Source of the DNA: Escherichia coli
GTDB taxonomy: Bacteria > Pseudomonadota > Gammaproteobacteria > Enterobacterales > Enterobacteriaceae
DNA: 64,000 nucleotides
Assembly: GCF_022846255.1 (NCBI RefSeq)
Contig: NZ_AP025682.1
Reading direction: 5' to 3' (one strand)
Part shown: piece after piece, positions 22,037-32,492 of the stretch
Position numbering within the stretch: the first letter of the stretch is position 1
Layout: each line of letters starts with the position of its first letter
Position numbers and translations under genes: made by a program
Notes under the pieces: generated by a model
Seen by the model: only the letters and a program-made list of their open reading frames with translations
What the model was told of the DNA's origin: nothing
Database searches by the model: none

Positions 22037-22609
22037 AGAGAATGGGTATTGTATTCAATTAGTTTAGGAGCTTAAGCTATCGGGGGTAATGCTGATTTAT
22101 TGGCAGTTGTGTACGTATTAGCGCTGCTTTTGCCGTAATACCCAGTAGTTCTTTCCAGCATAACTACAACTGAATGATACCAAAAATACATCTCAAGCTT
22201 TTTATCTTAGTCTTTCTATGATGACAATATTGAAAACTTCAGGATAATTAAAAGGTTAGTATTAATGAAAGTCCTTACATTTAAGCATCTTCTCTCTAAA
22301 CATATTTTCCTTAGAATCGGGGGCCTCAGTATTTAAAATCTTCCAGAGGTGTAATATTCAGCTTTGCTGTGACAACATCGAGAATGGTAAAAATTGATAA
22401 TATATCCTCTGAATATCAGGATGACTACGTTATAATGTATATGAGTTGGATTTGATTAGTTTCAAGGAAAGTGAAATGTGTGAAATAAGTACCAGACCAG
22501 TAGAACAGTAATTAAATACCGGAAAGCAAAGGGGGGAGGGGCGTGCTGACTGCATCTAAAATGAGACTATTACGCCCAGACATAGAGGGAAATAGCCAGT
22601 AGAGTACTT

Positions 22610-23386
22610 TTATTTGTTGGGGGGGGCCTGCTGATCCGTTTCACCAGTTGAGTTTGCAGCTGGAAGTTCTTTTGTCTTTGCTGTATCAATTGATTTGATT
22701 TGTTCGATGGCAGTTATATTACCTGACATTGCTTCATTGAGCACTTCTACTGCCCTACGGGCATCACGATCCTTGATCGACATGTAGACCTTGATATGAG
22801 CTTCCACACTCTCTAGGGTGATACCTAGCGCACGGTTAAGCTCTTCAAGATAGTAGTAATAGATGTCTTTAATCGAGTTCATCACGTTATAGAACACGCT
22901 GTTGTGTGATGCTCTGACTATTGCCAGATGGAACTCGTAATCCGCTTCCGAATACTTTTTGTAGTCCCCCTTATTGATCAACATATTATTCAGAGCTTCT
23001 TCGAGCTGGCGAATGTCGTCGTCGGTGGCGTGAGTGACAGCGAGTTCCACGCATTTGAACTCCACGGTCTGACGGAAAATCATCATATCGTGAAACTCTT
23101 CGCGGCTAAGGTGCATGATAGGACGTGGATCGTTACTCAACATTTGCGGGGTGAAGTTTGTGCTCACGTAGCTGCCACAGCCCTGACGTGTCACAACAAT
23201 CCCCAAGGTGCGAAAGCGCTGAACCGCACTACGTACACTGACCCGGCTTACATTAAATGAGTTGGCCAGCTCTAATTCTGAGGGCAAACGGCTACCTGGT
23301 GGCCAGCTGCCGTCCAGCAGTTTTCCACTTATTTGATCATAAACTTCATTTACAACATTCTGTTTCTGAATGGATTTTATGCTCAA
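22610..23386 (-). CDS. GntR-family regulator (FadR subfamily, FCD effector domain)
   Basis: 258 aa; N-terminal GntR winged HTH (LPSELELANSFNVSRVSVRSAVQRFRTLGIVVTRQGCGSYV); C-terminal codons include an 8-nt homopolymer. Confidence 0.85.
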   Translation of the reverse strand: MSIKSIQKQNVVNEVYDQISGKLLDGSWPPGSRLPSELELANSFNVSRVSVRSAVQRFRTLGIVVTRQGCGSYVSTNFTPQMLSNDPRPIMHLSREEFHDMMIFRQTVEFKCVELAVTHATDDDIRQLEEALNNMLINKGDYKKYSEADYEFHLAIVRASHNSVFYNVMNSIKDIYYYYLEELNRALGITLESVEAHIKVYMSIKDRDARRAVEVLNEAMSGNITAIEQIKSIDTAKTKELPAANSTGETDQQAPPNK

Positions 23387-23464
23387 GATGGGGTCCGAAG
23401 TCAGTTTAGATAAGCCAATAATATATCATCTTTAAAATCAAAGCGCCCAAGTGGGCGCCCTATA

Positions 23465-24751
23465 TTAACAAGTTTGTGCTTTTGCTTCAGTGGATTTTTT
23501 AGTGCTAAACGAGGTGAGTGAGGTGAGCAACACTGCCACAACCAGCGAAGCACTCATAAAGACATAAGAAGCACCTGGATCGCCCGTTAATCCATTCAGA
23601 TAACCGACAATCCATGAACCAACGAATGAGCCCAGAGCACCGAAACTTACGATAAATGCCATCGCACCAGCCATCACATTACGAGGGATAATTTCTGGTA
23701 TTGCGGCAAAGAATGGTCCGTAAGGTGTATACATCGCGCCACCTGCAACCATCAACAGGATATACGAGAGCCAAAAGTTGGATTCTCCAACGGTAAACGA
23801 ACCAATAAAGCAGAACGCACCCAATCCTAAAAACAGAAGAACAATGATTTTACGGTTCATAAATTTATCTGAATACCAAGACGCGCCGAGCATAAGTGAT
23901 ACAGCTAATAAGTAGGGTGCTGCTGATAGCCAACCTATTGCTACGATGCTTAATTCAGATGCTGATTTCAAAATAGACGGTAGCCACATAATAAATCCAT
24001 ACATCCCAATATTCCAGAAGAAGTGGATAAATGAGAGTGATAAGACTTTGCCTGAACGAAATGCTTCGCTGTAGTTTTTAATTTCTTTAATATTGGTTTG
24101 CTCTGCCGCAAGTGCCGCTTCTATATCTTTTTTTTCGTGCTCTGTTAACCAGGTTGCATCTGTGGGGCGATCAACAAAGACAAACCACCAGATAACTGCC
24201 CAAATGATGGCAGGGATGCCTTCGATAATAAACATACCACGCCAGCCAAAGGAGTCCACGAGATAGCCTGATAGCACTGACATCCAGAGTACTGTTATGG
24301 GGTTGCCAAGAAAAAGGAAGGTGTTAGCTTTCGACCTTTCTTTCTTAGTGAACCAATGGCTCAGGAAAACAAGCATGGCAGGCATCACAACGCTTTCAGC
24401 CACGCCGAGTAAGAAGCGAATGACCGCTAGGACCTTAACGTCGTGGACCATGCCGGTCGCTGTCGCTAGTATTCCCCACAGAATTAAGCTCCAAAAAATA
24501 AGCTTCTTGGCACTTCTTTTTTCAGCATAAATCCCTCCAGGTACCTGAAAGAAAAAATATCCAAGGAAGAACAGTGCACCCAGTAGTGAGGAAATCCCTG
24601 GTGTAATATTGAGATCCTCAGCCAGACCGGAGGCAGCACCAAAGCCATAATTAGCGCGATCAAGATAGGCAAGGCTATACGTAATAAATGCCAGCGGGAT
24701 CAACTTACGCCAGCGAATCGGCGCTAATTTTTTATGTATATTCTGAACCAT
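23465..24751 (-). CDS. MFS transporter, anion:cation symporter (ACS) family (hexuronate/aldonate-type, ExuT/DgoT-like)
   Basis: 428 aa; N-terminal region LAFITYSLAYLDRANYGFGAASGLAEDLNITPGISSLLGALFFLGYFFFQVPGG typical of ACS-family sugar-acid permeases. Confidence 0.8.
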   Translation of the reverse strand: MVQNIHKKLAPIRWRKLIPLAFITYSLAYLDRANYGFGAASGLAEDLNITPGISSLLGALFFLGYFFFQVPGGIYAEKRSAKKLIFWSLILWGILATATGMVHDVKVLAVIRFLLGVAESVVMPAMLVFLSHWFTKKERSKANTFLFLGNPITVLWMSVLSGYLVDSFGWRGMFIIEGIPAIIWAVIWWFVFVDRPTDATWLTEHEKKDIEAALAAEQTNIKEIKNYSEAFRSGKVLSLSFIHFFWNIGMYGFIMWLPSILKSASELSIVAIGWLSAAPYLLAVSLMLGASWYSDKFMNRKIIVLLFLGLGAFCFIGSFTVGESNFWLSYILLMVAGGAMYTPYGPFFAAIPEIIPRNVMAGAMAFIVSFGALGSFVGSWIVGYLNGLTGDPGASYVFMSASLVVAVLLTSLTSFSTKKSTEAKAQTC

Positions 24752-24806
24752 GATGTTTTCCCATTTAATTACTGCAGTTCGTATAACGAATGTCAGTAGA
24801 TGTTAA

Positions 24807-25574
24807 TTACAGCACCGCGAGCCACCCACCATCAACGTAAATAATTTGTCCATTGATATAATCTGATGCTTTGGATGATAAGAAGATGGCAGTTCCGATG
24901 AGTTCCTCTGGATGTCCCCAACGTTGGGACGGGTTGCTGTTTTTCACCCAAGAATCGAAGTGTTTGTCTTCGATAAGCGCAGTGTTCATGTCGGTGAGAA
25001 TGTAGCCCGGTCCAATGGCATTGGTCTGAATATTAAACTGTGCCCATTCTGCGGCCATTGAACAGGTAAGCATTTTGATGCCGCCTTTTGCTGCCGTGTA
25101 TGGAGCAACTGTTGGACGTGCGGCCTGGCTAGTGAGTGAACCGATATTAATGATTTTGCCACCGCGTTTATGGTCAATCATCCGCTTTGCCGCCGCGCGG
25201 GACACGAGAAATGCACTAGTTAAGTTCGTGTCGATCACCTTCTGCCAGTTTTCCAACTCCAGTTCAACCATCGGTTTGCGGTACTGAATACCAGCGTTAT
25301 TAATCAGGATATCAATACTGATCCCTTGCGCATCAAGTTGACTAAAAGCTGATTCAATCGCTTGTTCATTGGTGACGTCAAAAGCCACACCGTGCGCATC
25401 GTAACCCTTGCTTGTCAGAGACTTTACTGCTTCTGCCAGCAACGTGTCGCGAATATCATTCAGGATGACTCGAGCACCCGCAACGGCAAGTCCCTCTGCA
25501 TAGGCAAGGCCCAGTCCACGTGCTGCACCTGTTACCAACGCCGTTTTCCCCGTTAAATCAAATAAAGCGTTCAT
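24807..25574 (-). CDS. SDR-family oxidoreductase, gluconate 5-dehydrogenase (IdnO/Gno)-like
   Basis: 255 aa; TGAARGLG cofactor motif, catalytic YTAAK, high similarity in pattern to IdnO/KduD-type dehydrogenases. Confidence 0.85.
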   Translation of the reverse strand: MNALFDLTGKTALVTGAARGLGLAYAEGLAVAGARVILNDIRDTLLAEAVKSLTSKGYDAHGVAFDVTNEQAIESAFSQLDAQGISIDILINNAGIQYRKPMVELELENWQKVIDTNLTSAFLVSRAAAKRMIDHKRGGKIINIGSLTSQAARPTVAPYTAAKGGIKMLTCSMAAEWAQFNIQTNAIGPGYILTDMNTALIEDKHFDSWVKNSNPSQRWGHPEELIGTAIFLSSKASDYINGQIIYVDGGWLAVL

Positions 25575-25909
25575 ATTGTTTCCTCATGCATTTGTGTTGT
25601 ATGACAACTACCTTTTAAAAGGTAGGGGGTTCGCTACGACAAAAGCAACAATGTGCCCATGAATTTGCAACATGGATCACAAATAGCTTTGTGCAATGAT
25701 TGATGGTCTTATTTAATTTATTGAATTATATGGTGTAATATTTATATTGATGAGCATGGTTTGATCACTGTCACAGAATGGCGTTCGCAACGATCACTTG
25801 CAAATGAAGCGTGATATAACAATGTTGGTTGTAGGACAACCTACATGTTGTGTTGTTCATAACGATATGGATATGGCATACGAGAAAATTACTGAGCTGA
25901 GGTGTAAAA

Positions 25910-27163
25910 GTGAGTAGCCTGAAAATAACTAACGTGAAGACGATTCTGACGGCACCAGGCGGCATTGATTTAGCGGTCGTGAAAGTCGAGACCAACGAGC
26001 CAGGACTATACGGGTTGGGATGTGCAACATTTACTCAGCGTATCTTTGCAGTAAAAAGCGCAATCGATGAATACATGGCACCTTTCCTGATTGGGAAAGA
26101 TCCTACTCGTATTGAAGATATCTGGCAGTCGGGTGCGGTGAGTGGCTACTGGCGTAGTGGTCCCATTATGAACAATGCGTTGTCTGGTGTGGACATGGCA
26201 CTGTGGGATATCAAAGGTAAACTGGCGGGGATGCCGGTTTATGACTTGCTGGGTGGCAAATGCCGTGATGGTATCCCACTATACTGTCATACCGACGGTA
26301 GCGATGAAGTTGAAGTAGAAGATAACATCCGTGCCAGAATGGAAGAGGGTTACCAGTATGTTCGCTGCCAGATGGGCATGTACGGCGGCGCGGGGACTGA
26401 TGACCTTAAACTGATCGCTACGCAGTTGGCGCGAGCGAAGAACATTCAGCCGAAGCGTTCGCCCCGCAGCAAAACGCCCGGTATCTACTTTGATCCGGAT
26501 GCCTACGCCAAAAGCGTTCCACGTTTGTTTGATCACCTGCGTAACAAGCTGGGATTTGGCATTGAATTTATTCATGATGTGCACGAGCGTGTCACCCCTG
26601 TGACCGCTGTTAACCTGGCTAAAACGCTCGAACAATATCAGCTGTTTTATCTTGAAGATCCGGTGGCACCTGAAAACATCGACTGGTTGAAAATGCTGCG
26701 TCAGCAGTCTTCCACTCCGATATCCATGGGTGAACTGTTTGTAAATGTGAATGAGTGGAAACCGCTCATCGACAATAAACTCATCGACTACATTCGCTGC
26801 CACGTGAGTACTATTGGTGGCATTACACCGGCGAAAAAACTTGCGGTCTACAGCGAGTTGAACGGTGTGCGAACCGCATGGCATGGGCCGGGCGATATTT
26901 CTCCGGTCGGGGTCTGCGCTAATATGCATCTGGACTTGAGTTCACCGAACTTTGGTATTCAGGAATACACGCCAATGAACGACGCGCTGCGTGATGTATT
27001 TCCGGGCTGCCCTGAGATTGACCGCGGTTATGCCTATCTGAACGAGAAGCCGGGTCTGGGGATTGAGATTGATGAAGCTAAAGCGGCAAAATACCCGTGT
27101 GAGGGTGGGATACCGTCGTGGACGATGGCGCGTACACCTGACGGTACTGCCTCAAGACCATAA
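25910..27163 (+). CDS. Enolase-superfamily sugar-acid dehydratase, D-mannonate dehydratase (ManD)/RspA-like
   Basis: 417 aa from GTG start with AGGTG RBS; mandelate racemase/muconate-lactonizing-enzyme fold character (MALWDIKGKLAGMPVYDLLGG). Confidence 0.8.
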   Translation: MSSLKITNVKTILTAPGGIDLAVVKVETNEPGLYGLGCATFTQRIFAVKSAIDEYMAPFLIGKDPTRIEDIWQSGAVSGYWRSGPIMNNALSGVDMALWDIKGKLAGMPVYDLLGGKCRDGIPLYCHTDGSDEVEVEDNIRARMEEGYQYVRCQMGMYGGAGTDDLKLIATQLARAKNIQPKRSPRSKTPGIYFDPDAYAKSVPRLFDHLRNKLGFGIEFIHDVHERVTPVTAVNLAKTLEQYQLFYLEDPVAPENIDWLKMLRQQSSTPISMGELFVNVNEWKPLIDNKLIDYIRCHVSTIGGITPAKKLAVYSELNGVRTAWHGPGDISPVGVCANMHLDLSSPNFGIQEYTPMNDALRDVFPGCPEIDRGYAYLNEKPGLGIEIDEAKAAKYPCEGGIPSWTMARTPDGTASRP

Positions 27164-27534
27164 GTAATGAAGGGCCCGGTTTGCAGTTGCCGGGTCTGTC
27201 TCCTGTTCCCAGAGTTTTATTTATCTTCATCACTTACAGAGAATGCTCAACATTTGCTAGTCTTTTCCTGTCCAGGTATCCAAAGTCTCCTCCCAAATAT
27301 CCTGGATACTGGCTTAGACAAAATGAGATTATATTTTATAGTAAATTATATCATAACAGCTTTTGTTAAGGATGCTGTGTAAGATAAGATATATGGGTTA
27401 GAGGCATATTCTTTTGCAATCAGGAAGAAGATAATCACTGATGTTATCGGATATGTAGTAGTATTCGGTATAGCTATTTAGAGAAATTTGTGCCACAATT
27501 TATTATAGAGTTTAAAGAAAAATATATTGAAAAT

Positions 27535-27560
27535 AAAATCCGGGCTATTGCCCGGATTTT
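27535..27560. terminator. Hairpin terminator just past the integrase stop (T-rich on both strands)
   Basis: AAAATCCGGGC-tatt-GCCCGGATTTT, flanked by T-runs. Confidence 0.6.
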
Positions 27561-27561
27561 A

Positions 27562-28824
27562 TTATTTTAATGGATTATTAATCTTTGCATATTCAAATGG
27601 ACTGATAAATCTTTCTCTATTTGCATCCAGAAAATCGGCCCACCATTGTAGCATCAGTCGACGTTCTTCCAGATGTTCTGCTTTATGAATGTAAGCAGCA
27701 CGTACACCATTACGCTCCTGATGGCTCATCTGACGTTCCACAGCATCGCGGGACCACAAACCTGATTCAATCAATGCACTGCACGCCATCGCCCGGAATC
27801 CATGGCCACAGACTTCCTGGGTTGTGTCATATCCCATAACCCTCAGGGCTTTATTTACGGTATTTTCGCTGATTGGTTTACGTGGGTCATGTGCCCCCGT
27901 AAAGATCAGACCATTTTCACCAGCCCATGTCTGAAGTTCTGTCAGTATGGCTACAGCCTGTTTGCTGAGTGGCACAAGATGTGGTGTTCGCATCTTGGAG
28001 CCTCGGTGTGAGAATTTTACGCCTGGCAGAGGTTCGCGTTCGGCTGGAATAGTCCACATGGCATTGTCAATATCAATTTCAGACCAGCGGGCATATCTGA
28101 GTTCACTGGAACGAATAAAAACCAGTAAATTCAGCATAACTGCCCGTCGGGTGACAGGCTGGCCTTTATAACCGCCAATACGCGACAGAAGTTCAGGCAG
28201 ACGTGAAAGATCCAGAGCTGGGCGATGCTGGCGTTTTACCGTAGTCAATGCACCAGCCATATCCAGAGCCGGGTTATATCTGATGATGCCAGACTGTACG
28301 GCATAACGCATTACAGCAGATATTCTTTGCTGCAGACGACTGGCGATTTCATAAATTTGTTTAGCTTCTGCAGCACGAACAGGGATAAGCAGGTCCGGGG
28401 TACTGAGTGTTGTGATATCCCGGTTGCCGATAAAGGGGAATACGTGTGTCTCGAGGCTTTTGAGTACTTTATCGCTGTGTGATTGTGCCCATTGTTTATT
28501 ACTGGCATGCCAGCGTCGTGCAATATGTTCAAAAGAGAGCTGTAAATCAGGGACTACTTTTTTAGCTCTTTTCTGTTCGCAAGGGTCAATCCCCTCCGAA
28601 ATCAGTTTTCGGGCCTCATCCCGTTTTGTACGAGCTTCGGAGAGAGAAACTTCTGGATACACACCAAGTGCCAGAGTCTTCTCCTTACCCAGAATACGAT
28701 AACGGAGACGCCAGTAACGGGAACCATTAGGATGAACCAGCAGGAACATGCCGGCCCCGTCAGTGAGTTTATAAGCCTTGTCAGTGGGCTTTGCAGCCCG
28801 GATTTTTGCGTCAGTCAGCGCCAT
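27562..28824 (-). CDS. int: Tyrosine recombinase, P4-type integrase (island integrase)
   Basis: 420 aa, MALTDAKIRAAKPTDKAYKLTDGAGMFLLVHPNGSRYWRLRYR... N-terminal arm-binding region typical of P4-like integrases; start lies 198 bp from the tRNA-Phe 3' end. Confidence 0.9.
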   Translation of the reverse strand: MALTDAKIRAAKPTDKAYKLTDGAGMFLLVHPNGSRYWRLRYRILGKEKTLALGVYPEVSLSEARTKRDEARKLISEGIDPCEQKRAKKVVPDLQLSFEHIARRWHASNKQWAQSHSDKVLKSLETHVFPFIGNRDITTLSTPDLLIPVRAAEAKQIYEIASRLQQRISAVMRYAVQSGIIRYNPALDMAGALTTVKRQHRPALDLSRLPELLSRIGGYKGQPVTRRAVMLNLLVFIRSSELRYARWSEIDIDNAMWTIPAEREPLPGVKFSHRGSKMRTPHLVPLSKQAVAILTELQTWAGENGLIFTGAHDPRKPISENTVNKALRVMGYDTTQEVCGHGFRAMACSALIESGLWSRDAVERQMSHQERNGVRAAYIHKAEHLEERRLMLQWWADFLDANRERFISPFEYAKINNPLK

Positions 28825-28980
28825 AGTTCAGCCTTCTGAATGCGTTAAAGAGGGTACAAATTCTGTCGAACTGGGGTATACCCGCAATTATACCCACACA
28901 ATGGGGTTGATGTGGGGGGAATCTGGTTGAGTTCGGTAGAATTGATTTGTAGGTAGAACGCTTAAATTGTGGCGTTCTGA

Positions 28981-29010
28981 AACGAAAAACGGACCTCCGT
29001 GGAGGTCCGT
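28981..29010 (-). terminator. Rho-independent terminator of tRNA-Phe
   Basis: On minus strand GGACCTCC-ac-GGAGGTCC followed by GTTTTTCGTT. Confidence 0.7.
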
Positions 29011-29021
29011 TGATATGAATT

Positions 29022-29097
29022 TGGTGCCCGGACTCGGAATCGAACCAAGGACACGGGGATTTTCAATCCCCTGCTCTACCGACTGAGCTATCCGGGC
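29022..29097 (-). tRNA. pheV: tRNA-Phe (GAA anticodon)
   Basis: Reverse complement reads GCCCGGATAGCTCAGTCGGTAGAGCAGGGGATTGAAAATCCCCGTGTCCTTGGTTCGATTCCGAGTCCGGGCACCA, the canonical E. coli tRNA-Phe. Confidence 0.95.
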
Positions 29098-29202
29098 AAC
29101 GGGGCGCATTAAACCTGATTCGCCTCGTCTCGTCAATCAAATTTCTTCAATTTAGTGCAGACTGCACAATCTATCATCACTTTGCCGCTATTGCACGCAT
29201 TG

Positions 29203-29910
29203 TCAGGCAAACCAGGCGGTCCAGGCGGCGGAAAGCGGCATTGCCAGAAGGAGTGCTGGAAGCATGTTGACCACCGGGAACATTTTAATGCCACAGATGC
29301 GTAATCCGGTTGCCAGCAGCAATAAACCGCCTACGGCGCTGAAGTCTGCCATCATCGACGGTGTGGTCAGCGGTAATATCAGCGCGGCAGCCCACGCCAG
29401 TGTTAACTGGATGATCAGTAATGGAATGCTAATCACCGACACCGCAATACCCAGCGAGCAGGCGAAGATCATCGCCGTAAAGAAATCAAGAAATGACTTG
29501 GCGATTAAAATACTTGGATCGCCGGTCATCCCTTCGTTCATCGCCCCGAAGATTCCGGTGCCGCTGGCGCAAAACAGGACAATAATCGCGACAAAATTCT
29601 GAATAAAAGATTCATGCGCTGGCTTCTTACGCGAGTGGTGAAACAGATTATGCGCTTTGGCGACCACTGTATTGACGCCTTTTTCCAGCAGACAAATTTC
29701 GCCGATTAATGCTCCGAGTAAGGTTGCTAAAACCATCGCCGGAAGGTTGGCGCATTTCACCACCAGTAAAATACCAATCCCCAGCGATGCCAGACCAAAA
29801 ATTGATGTCATGGAGACGCGGATACGTTCCGGTAAGCGTTGGCTAAGGAGTGCGCCGAAAACGCCACCCAGTAAGACTGCACTTGCGTTGATAAAAGGGC
29901 CGATGACCAC
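29203..29910 (-). CDS. yqgA: DUF554 inner-membrane protein YqgA
   Basis: 235-aa membrane protein in the position of yqgA beside the tRNA-Phe gene; conserved synteny. Confidence 0.9.
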   Translation of the reverse strand: MVIGPFINASAVLLGGVFGALLSQRLPERIRVSMTSIFGLASLGIGILLVVKCANLPAMVLATLLGALIGEICLLEKGVNTVVAKAHNLFHHSRKKPAHESFIQNFVAIIVLFCASGTGIFGAMNEGMTGDPSILIAKSFLDFFTAMIFACSLGIAVSVISIPLLIIQLTLAWAAALILPLTTPSMMADFSAVGGLLLLATGLRICGIKMFPVVNMLPALLLAMPLSAAWTAWFA

Positions 29911-30308
29911 AAGAGTTCCTGTTAGCTGTATTGTTTGATTTTCTTATTATGAACTTTTGGCGCCGTCGATGGCTTGTTTGTTCGCAAAGTCCTGGCTTGC
30001 ACGCTTTAGCGAAAGGTGCCATGATTGCGCGAATTTTCTCCTCTCTGTACGGAGTTTGCCCGATGCACGCCACCTCCTTACATTCTCTCGCTTATCGCCG
30101 TTTCGCGCGAAACTCTTCTCTTTTTATGCTACTGCTCATGCGGTGAAGTTAACGCACGCTCACTGCAGGACAACAGTAAAATCAGAGCGTTTCTGCTTTT
30201 ACTGATGTCTGGCGGTCGGAGCTGGTGACCAGTTTGACCCATATCTCATGGGGCAGGGTTTTCCACCTTGTCCGGTATTCTTACTTCCCCTAAACGGGTT
30301 TTGCGCTT

Positions 30309-32444
30309 ATGAAATCAATGAATATTGCCGCCAGTAGTGAACTGGTATCCCGACTTTCTACTCATCGCCGCGTGGTGGCGTTGGGAGATACTGATTTTAC
30401 GGACGTCGCGGCAGTCGTCATTACCGCTGCGGATAGTCGCAGTGGCATTCTTGCGTTGCTTAAGCGCACCGGTTTTCATCTACCGGTGTTTTTGTATTCC
30501 GAACATGCTGTTGAATTACCTGCGGGCGTTACGGCGGTAATCAACGGCAACGAGCAGCAGTGGCTGGAGCTGGAATCCGCAGCCTGTCAGTATGAAGAGA
30601 ATTTGCTGCCACCGTTTTATGACACGCTGACGCAGTACGTTGAGATGGGTAATAGCACCTTTGCTTGCCCTGGACATCAACATGGTGCGTTCTTTAAAAA
30701 GCATCCTGCCGGACGCCATTTTTACGATTTCTTTGGCGAGAACATCTTTCGCGCCGATATGTGTAACGCTGACGTAAAATTGGGCGATCTGCTTATTCAT
30801 GAAGGATCGGCGAAAGATGCGCAGAAATTTGCAGCCAAAGTCTTTCATGCCGATAAAACCTATTTTGTGCTGAACGGCACATCGGCAGCGAATAAAGTGG
30901 TGACGAATGCGCTGTTAACGCGTGGCGATCTGGTGCTCTTCGACCGTAACAACCATAAGTCGAATCATCATGGCGCGTTGATTCAGGCGGGGGCGACGCC
31001 GGTCTATCTGGAAGCTTCACGTAACCCGTTTGGTTTCATTGGCGGTATTGATGCGCACTGTTTTAATGAAGAGTATCTGCGCCAGCAAATTCGCGACGTT
31101 GCGCCAGAAAAAGCCGACCTGCCGCGCCCGTTTCGCCTGGCGATTATTCAGCTGGGAACCTATGACGGCACTGTCTATAACGCCCGTCAGGTGATCGATA
31201 CCGTTGGGCATCTGTGTGATTACATTCTGTTTGATTCCGCGTGGGTCGGTTACGAACAGTTTATCCCGATGATGGCGGATAGCTCGCCGCTGCTGTTAGA
31301 ACTTAACGAAAACGATCCGGGGATCTTTGTGACTCAGTCGGTGCACAAACAGCAGGCGGGATTCTCACAGACGTCGCAGATCCATAAAAAAGATAACCAT
31401 ATCCGTGGACAGGCGCGTTTTTGCCCGCATAAGCGGTTGAATAATGCCTTTATGCTCCATGCTTCTACCAGCCCGTTCTATCCGCTGTTCGCCGCCCTGG
31501 ACGTTAACGCCAAAATTCATGAAGGGGAGAGTGGGCGTCGGCTGTGGGCTGAGTGCGTTGAGTTGGGTATTGAGTCGCGCAAGGCTATTCTTGCGCGCTG
31601 TAAGCTGTTCCGCCCGTTTATCCCGCCCGTTGTTGATGGCAAATTGTGGCAGGATTATCCGACGTCAGTGTTAGCCAGCGACCGCCGTTTTTTCAGTTTT
31701 GAGCCGGGGGCGAAGTGGCACGGCTTTGAAGGATATGCCGCGGATCAGTATTTTGTTGATCCGTGCAAGCTGTTACTCACCACGCCGGGTATCGATGCCG
31801 AAACCGGCGAATATAGCGATTTTGGCGTTCCAGCGACGATTCTGGCGCACTATCTGCGTGAGAACGGCATTGTGCCGGAGAAGTGCGATCTCAACTCCAT
31901 TCTGTTCTTATTAACTCCGGCGGAAAGCCACGAGAAGCTGGCACAACTGGTGGCGATGCTGGCGCAGTTTGAACAGCATATTGAGGATGATTCGCCGCTG
32001 GCTGAGGTGTTGCCGAGCGTTTATAACAAATATCCGGTGCGCTATCGCGACTACACCCTGCGCCAGTTGTGTCAGGAGATGCACGATCTGTATGTCAGTT
32101 TCGACGTCAAAGACCTACAAAAAGCGATGTTCCGCCAGCAGAGTTTCCCGTCAGTGGTGATGAATCCCCAGGATGCGCATAGCGCTTATATTCGCGGTGA
32201 AGTGGAGTTGGTGCGGATTCGTGATGCCGAAGGGCGAATTGCGGCAGAAGGAGCGTTGCCTTATCCACCTGGCGTGCTTTGCGTGGTACCCGGGGAAGTC
32301 TGGGGTGGGGCGGTTCAACGTTATTTCCTTGCGCTGGAAGAAGGCGTGAATTTGTTGCCGGGATTTTCGCCGGAGTTGCAAGGTGTCTATAGCGAAACCG
32401 ATGCGGATGGCATGAAACGGTTGTACGGTTATGTGTTGAAGTAA
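30309..32444 (+). CDS. speC: Ornithine decarboxylase, constitutive
   Basis: 711 aa, MKSMNIAASSELVSRLSTHRRVVALGDTDF...; fold-type I PLP decarboxylase. Confidence 0.95.
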   Translation: MKSMNIAASSELVSRLSTHRRVVALGDTDFTDVAAVVITAADSRSGILALLKRTGFHLPVFLYSEHAVELPAGVTAVINGNEQQWLELESAACQYEENLLPPFYDTLTQYVEMGNSTFACPGHQHGAFFKKHPAGRHFYDFFGENIFRADMCNADVKLGDLLIHEGSAKDAQKFAAKVFHADKTYFVLNGTSAANKVVTNALLTRGDLVLFDRNNHKSNHHGALIQAGATPVYLEASRNPFGFIGGIDAHCFNEEYLRQQIRDVAPEKADLPRPFRLAIIQLGTYDGTVYNARQVIDTVGHLCDYILFDSAWVGYEQFIPMMADSSPLLLELNENDPGIFVTQSVHKQQAGFSQTSQIHKKDNHIRGQARFCPHKRLNNAFMLHASTSPFYPLFAALDVNAKIHEGESGRRLWAECVELGIESRKAILARCKLFRPFIPPVVDGKLWQDYPTSVLASDRRFFSFEPGAKWHGFEGYAADQYFVDPCKLLLTTPGIDAETGEYSDFGVPATILAHYLRENGIVPEKCDLNSILFLLTPAESHEKLAQLVAMLAQFEQHIEDDSPLAEVLPSVYNKYPVRYRDYTLRQLCQEMHDLYVSFDVKDLQKAMFRQQSFPSVVMNPQDAHSAYIRGEVELVRIRDAEGRIAAEGALPYPPGVLCVVPGEVWGGAVQRYFLALEEGVNLLPGFSPELQGVYSETDADGMKRLYGYVLK

Positions 32445-32492
32445 GAATAAAAAAACGGGTCACCTTCTGGCGACCCGTTTTTCTTTGCGTAA

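Noticed and set aside
26279-26929. 216-aa ORF on the minus strand
   Set aside because: Lies inside and antisense to the ManD-family dehydratase gene.
27562-29097. Integrase as part of a prophage
   Set aside because: No phage structural, lysis or replication genes in the adjacent 29 kb; the cargo is metabolic, so this is an integrative island rather than a prophage.
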